Part shown: positions 22,845 through 35,335 of the stretch, piece after piece | Position numbering within the stretch: position 1 is the stretch's first letter | Layout: each line of letters begins with the position of its first letter | Origin: Nemertoderma westbladi | Lineage: Eukaryota; Animalia; Xenacoelomorpha | Assembly (NCBI GenBank): GCA_032718475.1 | Contig: JAUCBJ010006003.1 | Coordinates: 1-59,986 of the forward strand | Direction of reading: 5' to 3' | DNA length: 59,986 nt | The notes under the pieces: model-generated | What the model was told of the DNA's origin: nothing | The model's input: the letters and a program-made list of their open reading frames with translations, nothing else | Database searches by the model: none | Position numbers and translations under genes: made by a program

Positions 22845-24084
22845 TGTAAAAGCTTTTGCGGATATAACAAGTCATTTTTGTCCGCAATTTACTGTGTAAG
22901 TATTTTAGCGGACATAACAAGCCATTTCCCCCGTAATGCGCAGTATAGGTGCTTTAGCGGACATAACAAGCAATTTTTACCGCAATGAGCTTAATACTCT
23001 AAATAGATTGTAGTTCAGATGACGAAATCTGTCAGCTGATTTACTGTCGATGTGGAACTTCTTTGTTCAGCTCGCTCAGCTCAGCCAATCAGAGCAATTT
23101 TCATTTTATCTTGCACAGAGGCCTACGGAAAACCGGGCAATGCATTACGGTCTTTGTTTACCTTTCTGAGCGAGAACAACCGCTTGGAAATTCTTCTGTA
23201 CTTCTGTGTTGGAAGTTTCAGACTTTGACCTAAACATCAGAAACATCAGATGGCTTTGATTACAAGAACGTAAAACTATTAACTGAATCATACTTCATAT
23301 CTGAATCACTGAAACATCGCGGCACTACGCAACGCGATTCAACTACCGCATCACACCGCAATTCATGCATTGCTGCACATGGAACACTGCATAAGTAACA
23401 CATACTGACTGTTCACCGCATTATTTGATTCTGTTATTAATTGGTGTTATGTTGTTGGTGTATATTGCTGATATATTTGGAGAATACCGATGAATAATCA
23501 TAAAACCCCCAATCTTCTTGATTACTAAAGGTTAGAGGAACAGGTTTACCGGTAGCAACTGCGACTTACATTATAGTGGTTTTGGTATGAATTAAATGCT
23601 ATTTCATAATCCCTACATGTGTCAGTTGCGATCCTCCTTATATATGATCAAATTCATTGACGGTCGGCAGATCAGTGCGCAGTAGTGTGAACTAGTGTGA
23701 AGTCGTGTGAAGTAGTGTGAAGGTTAATAAAGCATCTCCTAAAGAATGCGCTTTTTACGAAACTCAGTAGCCATCCAGTTGTGATTAGTATAAGTCATAA
23801 CTCTGTTTTATACTTAAAGCGCCACGTCCTAAAGGAACTGTTAATATTTCCCCGAAAGTAAATATATTGTCAGAGATTATATATTAACGATCAATCGAAT
23901 AATACAGTAGGTCTACACTGCAATCACTATCAAAGCATCCGAATCCAGTCTACCTTAACTGTGGGTGAATGGTCACGCACAGGCTGGCTTCGGCTGATGT
24001 AACTTCAGTACATTAAATAATTGATATACAAAAAGACAATTAAAATTGGCAGGTTAAACTGCTAAAGGTCTAAAAGCGCGAACA
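22845..24084 (+). repeat. A1 3' LTR (1240 bp)
   Basis: PPT GGGAGCGG then tgtaaaagc...gcgcgaaca; ~51-bp tandem units in U3. Confidence 0.93.
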
Positions 24085-24155
24085 CGTATCATCTGCCTAC
24101 TGTACTTACCTTACATCACAATACATTACACTCTCTAGACTTAGAACATTAGACA

Positions 24156-25511
24156 TGTTCGCGCTTTCAGACCTTTAGCAGTTTAACCTGCCAATTTTAG
24201 GTGTCCTCTTGTTTATAAATCGACTTTAGCCTATAACAATTATTTAATGCACATGAAGTAACATTAGCCGAAGCCAGTCTATGCGCGATCATTCACCCAC
24301 AGTTAAGGGAGACTGGATTCGGGTGCTTTGAAGTTATTGCGTTGCAGACCTACTGTATTATTCGATTGATCGTTACTATATAATCTCTGACAATATTATT
24401 CACTTTTGGGGAAATATTAACTGTTCCTTTAGGACGTGGCGCTTTAAGTATAAAAACAGAGTTATGACTTATACTAAACACAACGGGATGGCTACTGATT
24501 TTCGTAAATAGCTCATTCTTTAGGATATGCTTTATTATCTGTCACACTGCTGCATACGACTTCACGCTGCTGCACACTGATCTGCCGACCGTCACTGAAT
24601 TTGACCAAATATAAGGACGATAGCAACTGACACATGTAGGGATTATGAAATAGCATTTAATTCACACTAAAACCACTATAATGTAAGTCGCAATTGCTAC
24701 CGGTAACCGGTCCCTCTTACCTTCAGTAATCAAGAAGATTGGGGGTTTTATGATTATTTATCAGTATTCTCCAAATATAACACTACTACTACTAGGATCG
24801 GCATGCTGCATTGCAGCTGCATTATTAAGAATGCTGTGCCGGCTTGTCAACAAAAAATATAACAACATATCCATCAACATATAACAATTAATAACAGACA
24901 GTAAACAGCAGTAAAATAATGCGGTGAATAGGATTGAGTGAGTGCAGTTTGCAGTTTGCACAGTGATTCAGTTGTTTCATCAGATGTTATGGTTTGTTGA
25001 ACAGTTGCACAGTGCAGTCGTAATGCATTGATTGCCAGTTGACAGGATGTCCGTAGGTGCCGAGTTGGTAGATGCAGCCAGGTGCAGATAATAGATTTAC
25101 GTTCTTATAATCAAAGCCGTCTAATGTTGGCCAAAGTCTGAAACTTCTACAGAAGCACAGAAAAATAATTTCCAAGCCGATGTTCTGAGGCTCAGAAAAG
25201 GTAAACAAAAACCGTAATGCATTGCGCGGTTTTCCGTAGGCCTCTGTATAAGATAAAATGAAAATCTCTCTGATTGGCCGAGCCTGAACAAAGAGAGGCT
25301 CCACGTGTACAGTAAATCAGCTGACAGATTTCGTCATAGGAGTTCCAGTCTCTTAGAGTATTAGGCGTATTGCGGCAGAAAATGGCTTGTTATGTCCGCT
25401 AAAACACCTACAGGGTACATCGCAGAGAAAATGGCTTGTTATGTCCGCTAAAACAACTACACAGTTCATTGCGGAGAAAAATGACTTGTTATATCCGCAA
25501 AAGCTTTTACA
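24156..25511 (-). repeat. A3 3' LTR
   Basis: Matches 51515-52770 apart from indels and a few substitutions. Confidence 0.96.
24783..24854 (-). mobile_element. 72-bp insertion in the A3 3' LTR, probably a 5'-truncated LINE/SINE tail
   Basis: Absent from the 5' LTR; 10-bp duplication AAATATAACA (24773-24782, 24855-24864); (TAG)4 tail on the minus strand. Confidence 0.7.
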
Positions 25512-25589
25512 CCGCTCCCAGAAAATGGGATTTAATTCTATAAAATATAAAAAATCACAGTTTCTAAAATATAAAAATACTCTAAACAG

Positions 25590-28133
25590 TTAGTCTTTCT
25601 TACGCGAACGGCGTTTACGCAGTTTTTTGAGGCTAGCAAGAGTCATTTTCTCTTTGGGGCGAGCCACTTTATTAGGATGGCTATAACTCCTGGGTGAGGT
25701 GTGCAATACAATTGCATCGGAAGGTTTAGGATTACAGTTGGTGTATCCGCCAGTCGAGGTACTCGGTTGATCGGTATCAACCTCAGTGGAACGAGGTCGA
25801 ACAACCTTCAGAGCGCGTTTCAAGACAGCAGCTCTTACTGGTCCCTGACGATTCGTCTGCACGAGAGAGGTAGGTGGACCGTGTGTAGTGAGAAATTTCC
25901 TCGGTTTGATGGTTCTTTCCGACTCGCGTTCTCGGGCTCTGTCGAAAACGATATGCTTCTCCTCGAGCTGATTTTCCTCCGCTTGTCGTTGGAAGCATTC
26001 GTCTAAAACTCTTTTAGAGAGTAGGGTCGTCCAAGTTCGATATCTTCTTAGAGATTCTGGATTTCCCGATCGAACTGAGATAAAGCTAATTCGTTTACCG
26101 CTTGGACTTGCTGCTGCAATTTACGTTTCTCTAAACAATCGTAGGTTCCTTTTCCGATCTTTTGTCGAATAGTGTCTAACGCGTTGCATACAACTCTCTT
26201 CTCCATCTCGGTGACAGGTTGTATCGGGGTTAAACCGGGACGATTATATGGGTTGAACGGCGATATTAAATGTCCGCATCCCAATCCAGCTAGGTAGGAT
26301 GGGCGAATATCTAGGGAGCCCACAACCGGAGTGCCACCAACTAATTGTTCAGGTAACACTAGATCTTTGAACAATGAGTACAGCTCAGGAGGATCCGTCA
26401 TACTATTAGGATCAAGAGTCTGAGGTCTCACCAGGGAATGAGGAGGTCTGACCGAGTATTCCGGAACTCTGATCATAGGTTTATTTAAGGATCGTTTGAG
26501 TCGAGTCGAGTAGGTGATACGTCGAACAAGTTTCGCTCGAAACTCCCATAAATATAGAGAGTAAAACTATGTTTAGCGCAACGTCTCCGCGGATGTTTAT
26601 GTCTTTCCGTGTGTTGGTTGGGTCTAGGGCATTCATTGTAATAATACCAAAGACGCACGTCTTGTAGGGGAAATGCTGGTGATCTTTCTCCAGTTTTACA
26701 ATGTCTCTCTCAAGAATTCCAAATATACGTTGAAGTCACTGCGTTTAGGGGCTGTCCAAGTATGACGTCAGCACTTTAGGGGGGGGAGGGGGGTTGGGAA
26801 AATCTGATGACGTGCTGATGAGGGGAGGGGAGGGGCTCAGCCAAAATCTGACGTCAGCATGTTCATTTATAGGTGCTAGAAGAGATATAGCAGAAGAGTA
26901 AATAGCTTGCCTATTTTAATTGTTCGAAGCCCCCGAAGGCCCGTAGCACGACCTTCTGTTTCAGTTACCAGTCACCATGTTTCAGTGATTACGACGCGTG
27001 CTACTGGGGTACTGCGGTACAGCGGTTCGCCTGAAAATGAAACATTAATCCTAAGCTAATGATTGTTAGAGACTGCAGTACCGTTACCTCTACCGGTTCA
27101 TATAGGCTTATTATTAGCTTATGTTTGTTTATTATCATTCATAAACTGCTGTCGCATCAGGTACAAGTATGTAAACTTTAGGCATCACCCATGTGAAGAA
27201 TACCAGGATTTCACTTTTCGGTCGACTTTTTATTGGAATTTTATATATGGAGAATTTTTATTTTTTTTTAATTTATCTTTATTAAGTGTTTTGTAGCGCT
27301 TATTTCTGTCTTATAACCTGTACATATACTAATTCGTTTATTGTTTTGGTTAGATTCAGCCCTTCAGTAACCTGTGTTTTTGGTGAAAACCTGGTATTCT
27401 TCACATGGGGGTAACTGCAAAGTGAAACATAACGGCAGAAAGTCTGGTATTCTTCACATGGGCCCGATAGGCTATCCTACTACAACTCTATACCTTCCTA
27501 TAGTAGATAAGCTATGTAACAGCCAGCCCCCGTGCACCCCCCTCCAACTGTCCAATGCAATATAATCAGATAATACCTTTACCCTGCTGATAATAGTTTA
27601 TTACAAAAAAAAATGTTAATCTGATTTAGGGGGGGGGGGGGGGGGGGGTCGATGCCTATCTGATGATATCTGATTTAGGGGAGGGAGGGGGTCAACATTT
27701 TGGGGAAAAGTGCAGACATCATACTTGGACGGCCCCTTATCCGGTTCTTTAACGTCTTCTCTTTTGAGTTGGTTTCGAATAGAATTTTGTGTTCGATTCT
27801 CAGTTTATCGTTCCGACTCCGCTGGGTATGATATTTAAATAGGATCATTTCCCTTTCGGTGTCTACATCGTCCATATCGTGTAAATCGATAGGATCGCCA
27901 TTAGTAAAGAAGTCTATATACGTACCATTACGATGCGTATAGCGAGCGGTGAATTTTCTATAGTCCAATTCACGCGTGAGCTGTTCCTTTGACATTGGCG
28001 GTTCGATATAACGGCCATCATCCTCCGTAGTGGGTGGACTAGCGTCGCCGCGTATTAAACTATCAACAAACGCTTGCAATGGTAGGGTATATCGCTCCCT
28101 GATACCAAGATCATCTTCTATCAACTCAGTCAT
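25590..28133 (-). pseudogene. A3 accessory ORF region downstream of pol, split by the MITE
   Basis: ORFs 27675..28133 (MTELIEDDLG...), 26048..26476, 25783..25998. Confidence 0.65.
26748..27736. mobile_element. PIF/Harbinger-type non-autonomous DNA transposon (MITE, 989 bp)
   Basis: ~30-bp TIRs GGGGC(T/C)GTCCAAGTATGA(C/T)GTC(A/T)GCACTTT; 3-bp TTA TSD; empty site gcgtttatccgg in the other copies. Confidence 0.92.
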
Positions 28134-29859
28134 AGCTGCTATATGAGTTTATCGATATTATAATAAATTATAATTTAGGCTAGCGGTCGTTGCTGCCTCC
28201 CCCTCAATGCCCCCGGACAGCGCAAGCTCCTCAGCGCTGATGTACTGCCGCCGCTGTGTCTATCGCCAACGTAGTAGCTACACAACGACAACAACAACCA
28301 GCGCGAGTCACTCCACTGTCCGTCCCAAGGGCTTAGATTAACAACAGTTCTTACTGCAGAGGTAGGACTACATTCACAACTGCGACTCACTACTGTAAAC
28401 ACACTTTAGTAGTAACATTCACCTATAAACGCACAAATTCCACACAACTGTCACAAATTGTACACATTCGGGCCATTTGTCCGTTAGTCAAGTGCCTTCC
28501 AGAATGCCACATTATTATTATGTATCCCTGGATACTAGCAGTGCGCTATTTATTCTGTATGCTATTCAATGGGGCAAGCTTTTTATTGTTCTTTTAACTC
28601 ACTTCTAATTCTAGCGTGGTTGTTGCTATGGTGACATTATGGAAAGCTAGCAGTAGAATTAGGGTAATTCTCAGGCATACAGATCTGGGATGCTATTTAA
28701 TAGTAATTCTTTAATTGTCAATATCCCCCCTTATACATGATTTTATGAATTTCATCGGCTATTGACTATATATTGGAGATTCTCTCACACTAATATACTT
28801 AATAGGGTGAATCTTCGCTCCCATAATCTATTATTTAATGGAATTTTGGGAATGTTATAAATTGTATAAAATAACAATTTATCAAATTCATGAGAGGATA
28901 TGAATTTAAATTATTCCCGTAAATTTTATTATTTAATATTAAATAGGCACAATTTTATTCCAGAGCATGTCTGGGGACTGGGATCCTTGATTCTAGGAAA
29001 TTTGTCCTTTTAAGAGTATCGGTAAGTGCTACGATATCTTAATCGACTAGAATTTTAAAGGATCTAAATTTTAACAGATTTTGATTTATATATTTTCTTG
29101 GTTTACAAACTCCTTAGAGTTTATTTGTATGCATTTACTCTATTATAACATTTGCTTTAATAGATTTTTATAAATATTAACTATGTAATATTTAAGATGG
29201 GCACCGATTTATTCCAGAACATGTCTGGGGACGTTAACCACTGATTCTAGAATTTTGTCTTTCAAGTATATCGGTGGGTGCCGCGATATCTTAATCGACT
29301 AGAATTACAGATAGTCAAAGGGTTTAACAGATTTATTTTGCGTTTTACGCTACTGTTAAAGGGACATCACGCTACTATATGTATTATTTAATATACGGTA
29401 TGAGAGCAATATTGCAAGAAGCAATGTCAGTGAGAAGAGGCAAGTCGTTTCCAAGGTCTACCCAGAGCTTGGTTTAGCCGAGACACGAGGATCTGAACTT
29501 TGCATTCCTAATACTGTACTTACCAATAATACTTGAGTAAAGTAGGAGCTCTATGGTACTTTAATAAGTACGGATATTTCATCTTACTGTAGTCGCGTAT
29601 TTATAATATGATACGGACAGTAAGGAAAGAGAAAATAATTATTTCTCACCGTTACGCTAAATATATATAATATAAGTAATTAAGTAATAAACGCGAATAT
29701 ATATTGCACTAATTCTACTAAATAATCGCTAAAATAACATTCTACTAAATAAAATTAAAGAAAACGATTATTATAAAATTACATAATAATACGTACATAA
29801 ATATAAAAATAATAAAACAAATATAAAATAATATAGTCACACACCCACTCCAGACGCTG

Positions 29860-30683
29860 TTACGTTGGGGAGTCCCTAGATGTTTGTTGGATGAGGGAGG
29901 TGGTCGTGGGAAGAGTATCTTGCCTTCCATAGTTTCCGGATAGTTCTCTGTCTCTTTCCAGTAAACATAAACGACCAACTGGGCGATTGAGCTGCTGCGT
30001 TTCGAATACAATTCCAGGTTTCTTAAAGTTACGTCGCATGACGACGAGTTCTACCGATCGCACTAAACCATCATCGGAGATATGAGTCTCGATGATACGA
30101 CCTGTCTGCCACCGCTTACGTGGAAGATCTGATTCCACAATAAGGACCATGTCTCCGGCGCTGACGTTTTCTTGCTGCGCAAACCACTTGGTTCGAAGTT
30201 GTAGCATAGGCAGATAATGTTTTTCGAAATGGTCAGTGAAACGACGGGATAATAACTGCATAAGTTGCCAAGTTTGTCGGCAGTATTCGTCTCCGTCCGT
30301 GATTTCCGAGCATGGGAGCATGGCTACAGGTTTCTTCAGTAGGAAGTGCACGGGTGTTAGCGCTTCCAGGGAGTCGGGACTCGATGAGACTGGCATAAGC
30401 GGTCTCTCGTTAAGATAGGCGGCAATTTCTTCCATTAACGTCCGCAAAAGTTCGTCGGTGAGATACGCGCGGCACGGCACTATAAAGTGAAATGCGGTCT
30501 TCACGCTTCTTATTAATCTCTCCCAACTTCCTCCCCACCAAGGGGCGTCGGCGGCGTTGAAGGTCCAGCTAGATGCTGTTACCCTTAGCTGATCGTCCAC
30601 CTGTCTTTGGTTCCAATCTCTAACGTAAGCCTTGATCTCATTATTGGCGCCAATGAAGTTCGTTCCCTTATCAGATCTCATCG
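29860..30683 (-). pseudogene. A3 integrase, C-terminal half
   Basis: MRSDKGTNF...APWWGGSWERLIRS...LNERPL...LTPVHFL...WQTGRI...DGLVRSV (BEL integrase + C-terminal domain). Confidence 0.93.
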
Positions 30684-31238
30684 TGTGACGGGATCCAAGG
30701 AGGATCCCGGTTTATCCGCGGTTGTTCAAAGTACGCGTCCCCGCCGTTTGTGTGGAAAGAGTTTGAGAGTTCTGGTGTTATTGATTCTCTGATATGTATA
30801 ATATAGACGTTAAATGGATATAGTATAAATGGTGTAATATATTGCAATTGAAGTATAGTATGTACAGGTAATGGTGGTAGGCAAGGACGGTCTTAGAAGT
30901 CTCCGCTCTACCCTAGCTAACCGACTAACACAAATGAGATAACTGAATAACTGATTACTGATACCTAATAATATATTGCACGGTTCGGCCGTTGTTACAG
31001 TACCTAGCCGGTGCCTGCCCCCCCATTGGCTGATATCCCTGTTGGCGCCCTTTGGAATGTTTCCCCTTCACTCCCGCAATTCTCTCTCTGTCAGGGGTAT
31101 GGCCCCTGACCCCTATTGTGTGTTTCTCCTTCCCACTTTGTTGGGGTGGCACGAGTGGTTGATTACCCAACCTCGTGGCCCCCAATATTGCTTAACGGCT
31201 TACTTTGTGGGGTGTTAGCGGAATTGGATAAGCTAACA
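30684..31238 (-). repeat. B 3' LTR
   Basis: tgtgacggg...gctaaca. Confidence 0.97.
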
Positions 31239-31945
31239 CTCCCCCCCATGCTATCTTCCCGGTGAGAAGATAGCATCCTCCTCAAGTGCGCTACAATTCC
31301 GCTGGATCCCGATCTAGTATCGGGTGTGGGGTGGAATTATTTTCTCTCGGAGCCGGCTTTCCAGGTCGCTCCCTATGGGTATGATAATGCTACCCGGTTC
31401 GCCTGGCGTCCCATGTCGGGCCGATCGTGCGCTCCTCTCACACGACTTTTGTTTCCCCAACACTTTCGCCACTTTAACTCCACTCTGTTCTCACCCTGAC
31501 TCTCCTCTACTTCTCCTCTCTTTTGCTCTAACTCTCGGACTTCCCTGTCCCTCACTCAGTCTCTTATCCTCCCCCCCCCACACTTGAATTGCATCCGCAC
31601 TCTCTCCGCACTCCGCACTATCACCTTTACTCGACCCCTCTTTGACTACCCCATCCCTTCTGACGAGTCTCACCCCCCCTCCTGTGCCGTCGCACTCAAG
31701 AAGTGTGGAATCGTCTGGTGTCTCGTCCATAGTGCCATAGTCAGTTGGCCCCCCAGTCCCAGTAGCTCATTGAGAAAGGTTGAATGACTATAGTACTTAC
31801 TTCGAACGTATATATTCTCGTAGATCACTGATAGCTACGTACGTACATACAAATTGCACTTATTTGATTATTTAGATTACTTGAATTTGTACTTAATAGT
31901 CCGCACGTCTCACGTGGCGCCTTCCAGGCGTACCACATCGAAGCC

Positions 31946-34351
31946 TCAGTTTATCCCTCCTGACTTTGGGAACCACCTCAAGTCTTTCCCTTTGCCGTCC
32001 TCCTCCCTGGGTCGTTTCCTGGTCACTACCGCTCCCCTGGGATCCGCTTTCTGTCTTCGGACTCTCGCCGCCACCTCCTTACTGATCCCGGTCGTTGGCT
32101 CCTTGGGTGCTGGTGTTATCAGCTCCCGATATCGCTTCGCGGGTGGCCCCTCCGAGTGGCCCTGTTGTCTCCCCCTGGTGGCGTCCCATAAGATCATCTT
32201 CATTGCTCGCGGCACATGCTCCGCCAAGAAATCCCTAAACTCCCCTCGGTTCTGTGGCGTCCACCTGTCCAAATTCCTTTGTGTATTCATCACCCCGGCA
32301 TACGACGCCGCCGTTGCTACCTCTTGATAGGTAAACGGTAACCTCCGCTTTATGATTTCCAAGTGAGCCTCCTGATTGATAAGGAAGAAACCCCACTTGA
32401 ACTCCTGGGCCTTCATGCGTTGCCGCGTCATGGCCCCGACGTCGGCCCACTCCTCGAAGATTTTGAACTTTTCTTCATCGTCCATCCAGTCGCACTGGCG
32501 TCCGTAGTGTCCCCGAAAGTTACACTTCGAACATCGGTTATGCAACCGTGGACACGCCCCCATCCTGTGGCTCGACTCGCGGCACTAGAGACAAAAGGTC
32601 CCCTTTTGGAACCGGTACAAACAGCTCCTTTCCTGGTGGGTCTGTCTCCCACAGTAATCGCAACCGAGTACCAATGTCTCCCGCCCCACGTTGTCTTTCG
32701 TCCCAAGCGATCTCCGCGGTCTGTGGAGTCGCTGGTAGGCGAACTTCTGCACGTTAGTGTCCCTGTCTACGTCGATCTCCTCGCCCCTCTCGGGCATCGT
32801 CTCCCCGAATACTACCCGTGGTGCCGTCCCCGGTTGCTCGCCCAACCTGATAGTGCTCCCCGCGAAATCCATCGCCGGCTCCTCGTGCACCCAGGCCCAC
32901 TTGCCGGGTCTATCCCAGAAGGCCCTCGCCCCACTGGCCGTCACCACCCTCCCGCCAACCCAGTCCGTGTCCAAGTGGCCAATCCTCTCGATGGGCGGCA
33001 TCTCTCCGAACTCGTCGTCGTCTTCGTCCTCCTCTGGCAGTGGCTCTAACCCCGGTATCCCGATGGATCCACTATGTCCCTTCCCGCCTTGGCTCTCGCC
33101 CGTAGCTCTCCATCCCTCTAGCTCCCCTAACTTCCTTAGCGGTTGGTCGCCTTCGGCGCCCGCTGGTATGGGCATCGCTTGCAACCCCGACGTCGACTGT
33201 TTCGGCGATCCCACTGTCCATCCCAGTTCTCGCCCTAGAGACTCCCCCGAACTCCCTGATGAAGTTCAACGAAGTTCGTCTAAGCCTGCCTGTTCCTCGA
33301 AGCCGTAACTCTGCGTCCTGGCCTCTTCCTCCCTCTCCTCTGCTTCTATCCTTTCCCGTCTAGCGACTTCTTCCAGTCGCTTTGCCTCTCGTCTATCCGT
33401 CTCTAGCTGCTCCCATCTCTGATACGGCGTATCTATCTCCCCGTCTATCAGATGTCGGCTGTTGTAGTACACCGACTCGCCCTTCAGCCCCGGGTGGTCT
33501 ACCAGACCGTCGAAGGCCGTCTTAAAGGCTCTCCTGTAGCTTAGGGGTGATCCCAATAACAGAAATGCCGCTGGTTCCCTCTCAATAACCACGGTCATGA
33601 ATAAGTTAAGCAAACTTATCATTATCCAATCCTCCTGCAGGATATATCGCTTCTGATATACCTTTATCGCCCCTCTTCGGAATTGATACACCTCTTGCTT
33701 TCCCGGCCTCGCTCCCCACTTTAGCGAGTTCGCTAGTTCTGCTCCGTATTCCTCCCTGAACTTCCCCCAGTCCATCGGTTTGTGGCATACGAGCCCCAAT
33801 AGCTGGCCCATTGCCACCGCTCCGCATTGGCCTGTGTTCCCGACTAGTCCCAACCCGTCTGGTGCTGTCATAGCCATGAAGACCTTCTGCATATCCAGGA
33901 GGTTGGTGGCGTCCGGACCGATGATTCTCTCCGCGTCCTCGCGAATCGCCGATCCCACTTTCGTCGTCGACTTCTCCCTCACTAGGACCTGCACCGCCCT
34001 TGGCAGCCGGTCCAACTTCGGCCCATCCTTCTTCCCATACGTTCCCAGGTCAAATAGGAAAATGTCTCCATTTGGCGTGGCCAAATGTAGGAGTATGGTC
34101 CTGGCCGATCCTGCCGATCCTCTCCTTGAACCCTCCTCGTCTTCCACGGTCCCTTCGTCGTCTAGGATCATGTATCCTCCCCTGTTGACGGACTCTATGA
34201 ACCTCTTCCAATCTTTCCTCGGTGACTCTCTCGCGTACTTCGGAATCCCGAACTTCGCCTCGTCTCCTTTCACCACGTAGTGGAAATGCTCGAAGATTGC
34301 GTTGTCCAGCGACGGCGTCCCGTAGGTCCCGACCAGCCGCTGTTCATGCAT
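31946..34351 (-). pseudogene. B accessory ORF: DEDDy 3'-5' exonuclease-like domain + coiled coil + three CCHC zinc knuckles (~800 codons, two in-frame stops)
   Basis: ORFs 33266..34351, 32585..33214 and 31946..32563 share one frame; motifs ILDDEG, LLHLAT..DIFLFDL, KVGSAIRED, NLLDMQ, YQKRYILQED; CDYCGRQTHQERSC, CL*CRESSHRMGAC, CSKCNFRGHYGRQC. Confidence 0.75.
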
Positions 34352-34744
34352 CTCCCTGAAGTGGTCCTGTAGCGCTCGTGCTGCGTGACCCTTTCCTAAC
34401 CGGTCATAATATAGGGGATATTATGACCGTCTCCCGTACCCTAATTTGCAGTTTTGTCAGTTACTTTTATTATGTTCCAGAATAATTTCCCTACTGCTAC
34501 CATAATTTGTAACTTTTTTCTTTCAGCCCTATTCTTATTCTATTTTGTTTTGATTTATTTCTACTATTTACTGTTTATGGATTATTCTATTTCATAATCC
34601 ACATTCTGACCTACTCCATGGGCCTGTGCAGTACAGCAGTATATGTCGCGTGGCCTACACAATCTATCCAACTGTACTCATGTGCCCCCCTCTTGCTACT
34701 AACTGCTAACTAATATCCATATTATACATATCCCTTCTACCCCT

Positions 34745-35220
34745 ATTACTAATCGGTACTACGTACCCTCTAACTCTTACTCACTCTCTCTCTAACTAGC
34801 GGTACTACGTACCCTCTAACTCTTACTCTAATACCTCTAACTAGCGGTACTACGTACCCTCTAACTACTCTAACTCCACTAACTAATGGAACTACGTACC
34901 CTCTTACTACTCTGACTCTACTAACTAACGGTACTACGTACCCTCTTACTACTCTGACTCTACTAACTAATCGGTACTACGTACCCTCTTACTACTCTAA
35001 CTCTACTAACTAACGGTACTACGTACCCTCTTACTACTCTAACTCCACTAACTCCACTAACTCTCTCTACTAACTAACGGTACTACGTACCCTCTTACTA
35101 ACCTCTAACTCCACTAACTCCACCAACTCTCTACTAACTAACGGTACTACGTATCCTCTTACTAACTAACTGACTCTAACTTTCAGTACTACGTACCTTC
35201 TAACTAACTAACTAATTCTA
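34745..35220. repeat. Minisatellite (~43-bp units, core actaacggtactacgtaccctc) between the B integrase and accessory ORF
   Basis: About 10 visible copies of gtactacgtacc. Confidence 0.9.
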
Positions 35221-35335
35221 ACTCTAATTATTTTTTTATTTTATTTTTATTTTATGTGTGGGAAGGGCGTCTCGCCCTCAATCCCACCCCCCTCAGTCCA
35301 AAACTTGGATGACTAAACTACACTCTAACTCCACT

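Larger units (their letters stand above)
2333..24084 (+). mobile_element. BEL/Pao LTR retrotransposon A1 (5'-truncated, non-autonomous; host of A2)
   Basis: gag 2333-3639 resumes at 17290 (ALPKG|EVGTRWDKK); protease LLDSGS; PPT 22837-22844; 3' LTR 22845-24084. Confidence 0.92.

Noticed and set aside
26800-26860. CTGATGA motifs in the MITE as ribozyme cores
   Set aside because: They are subterminal repeats (also near 27660) with no GAAA or helices in register.
34745-35220. CRISPR-like array
   Set aside because: Eukaryotic context, spacers are themselves repetitive, no cas genes.
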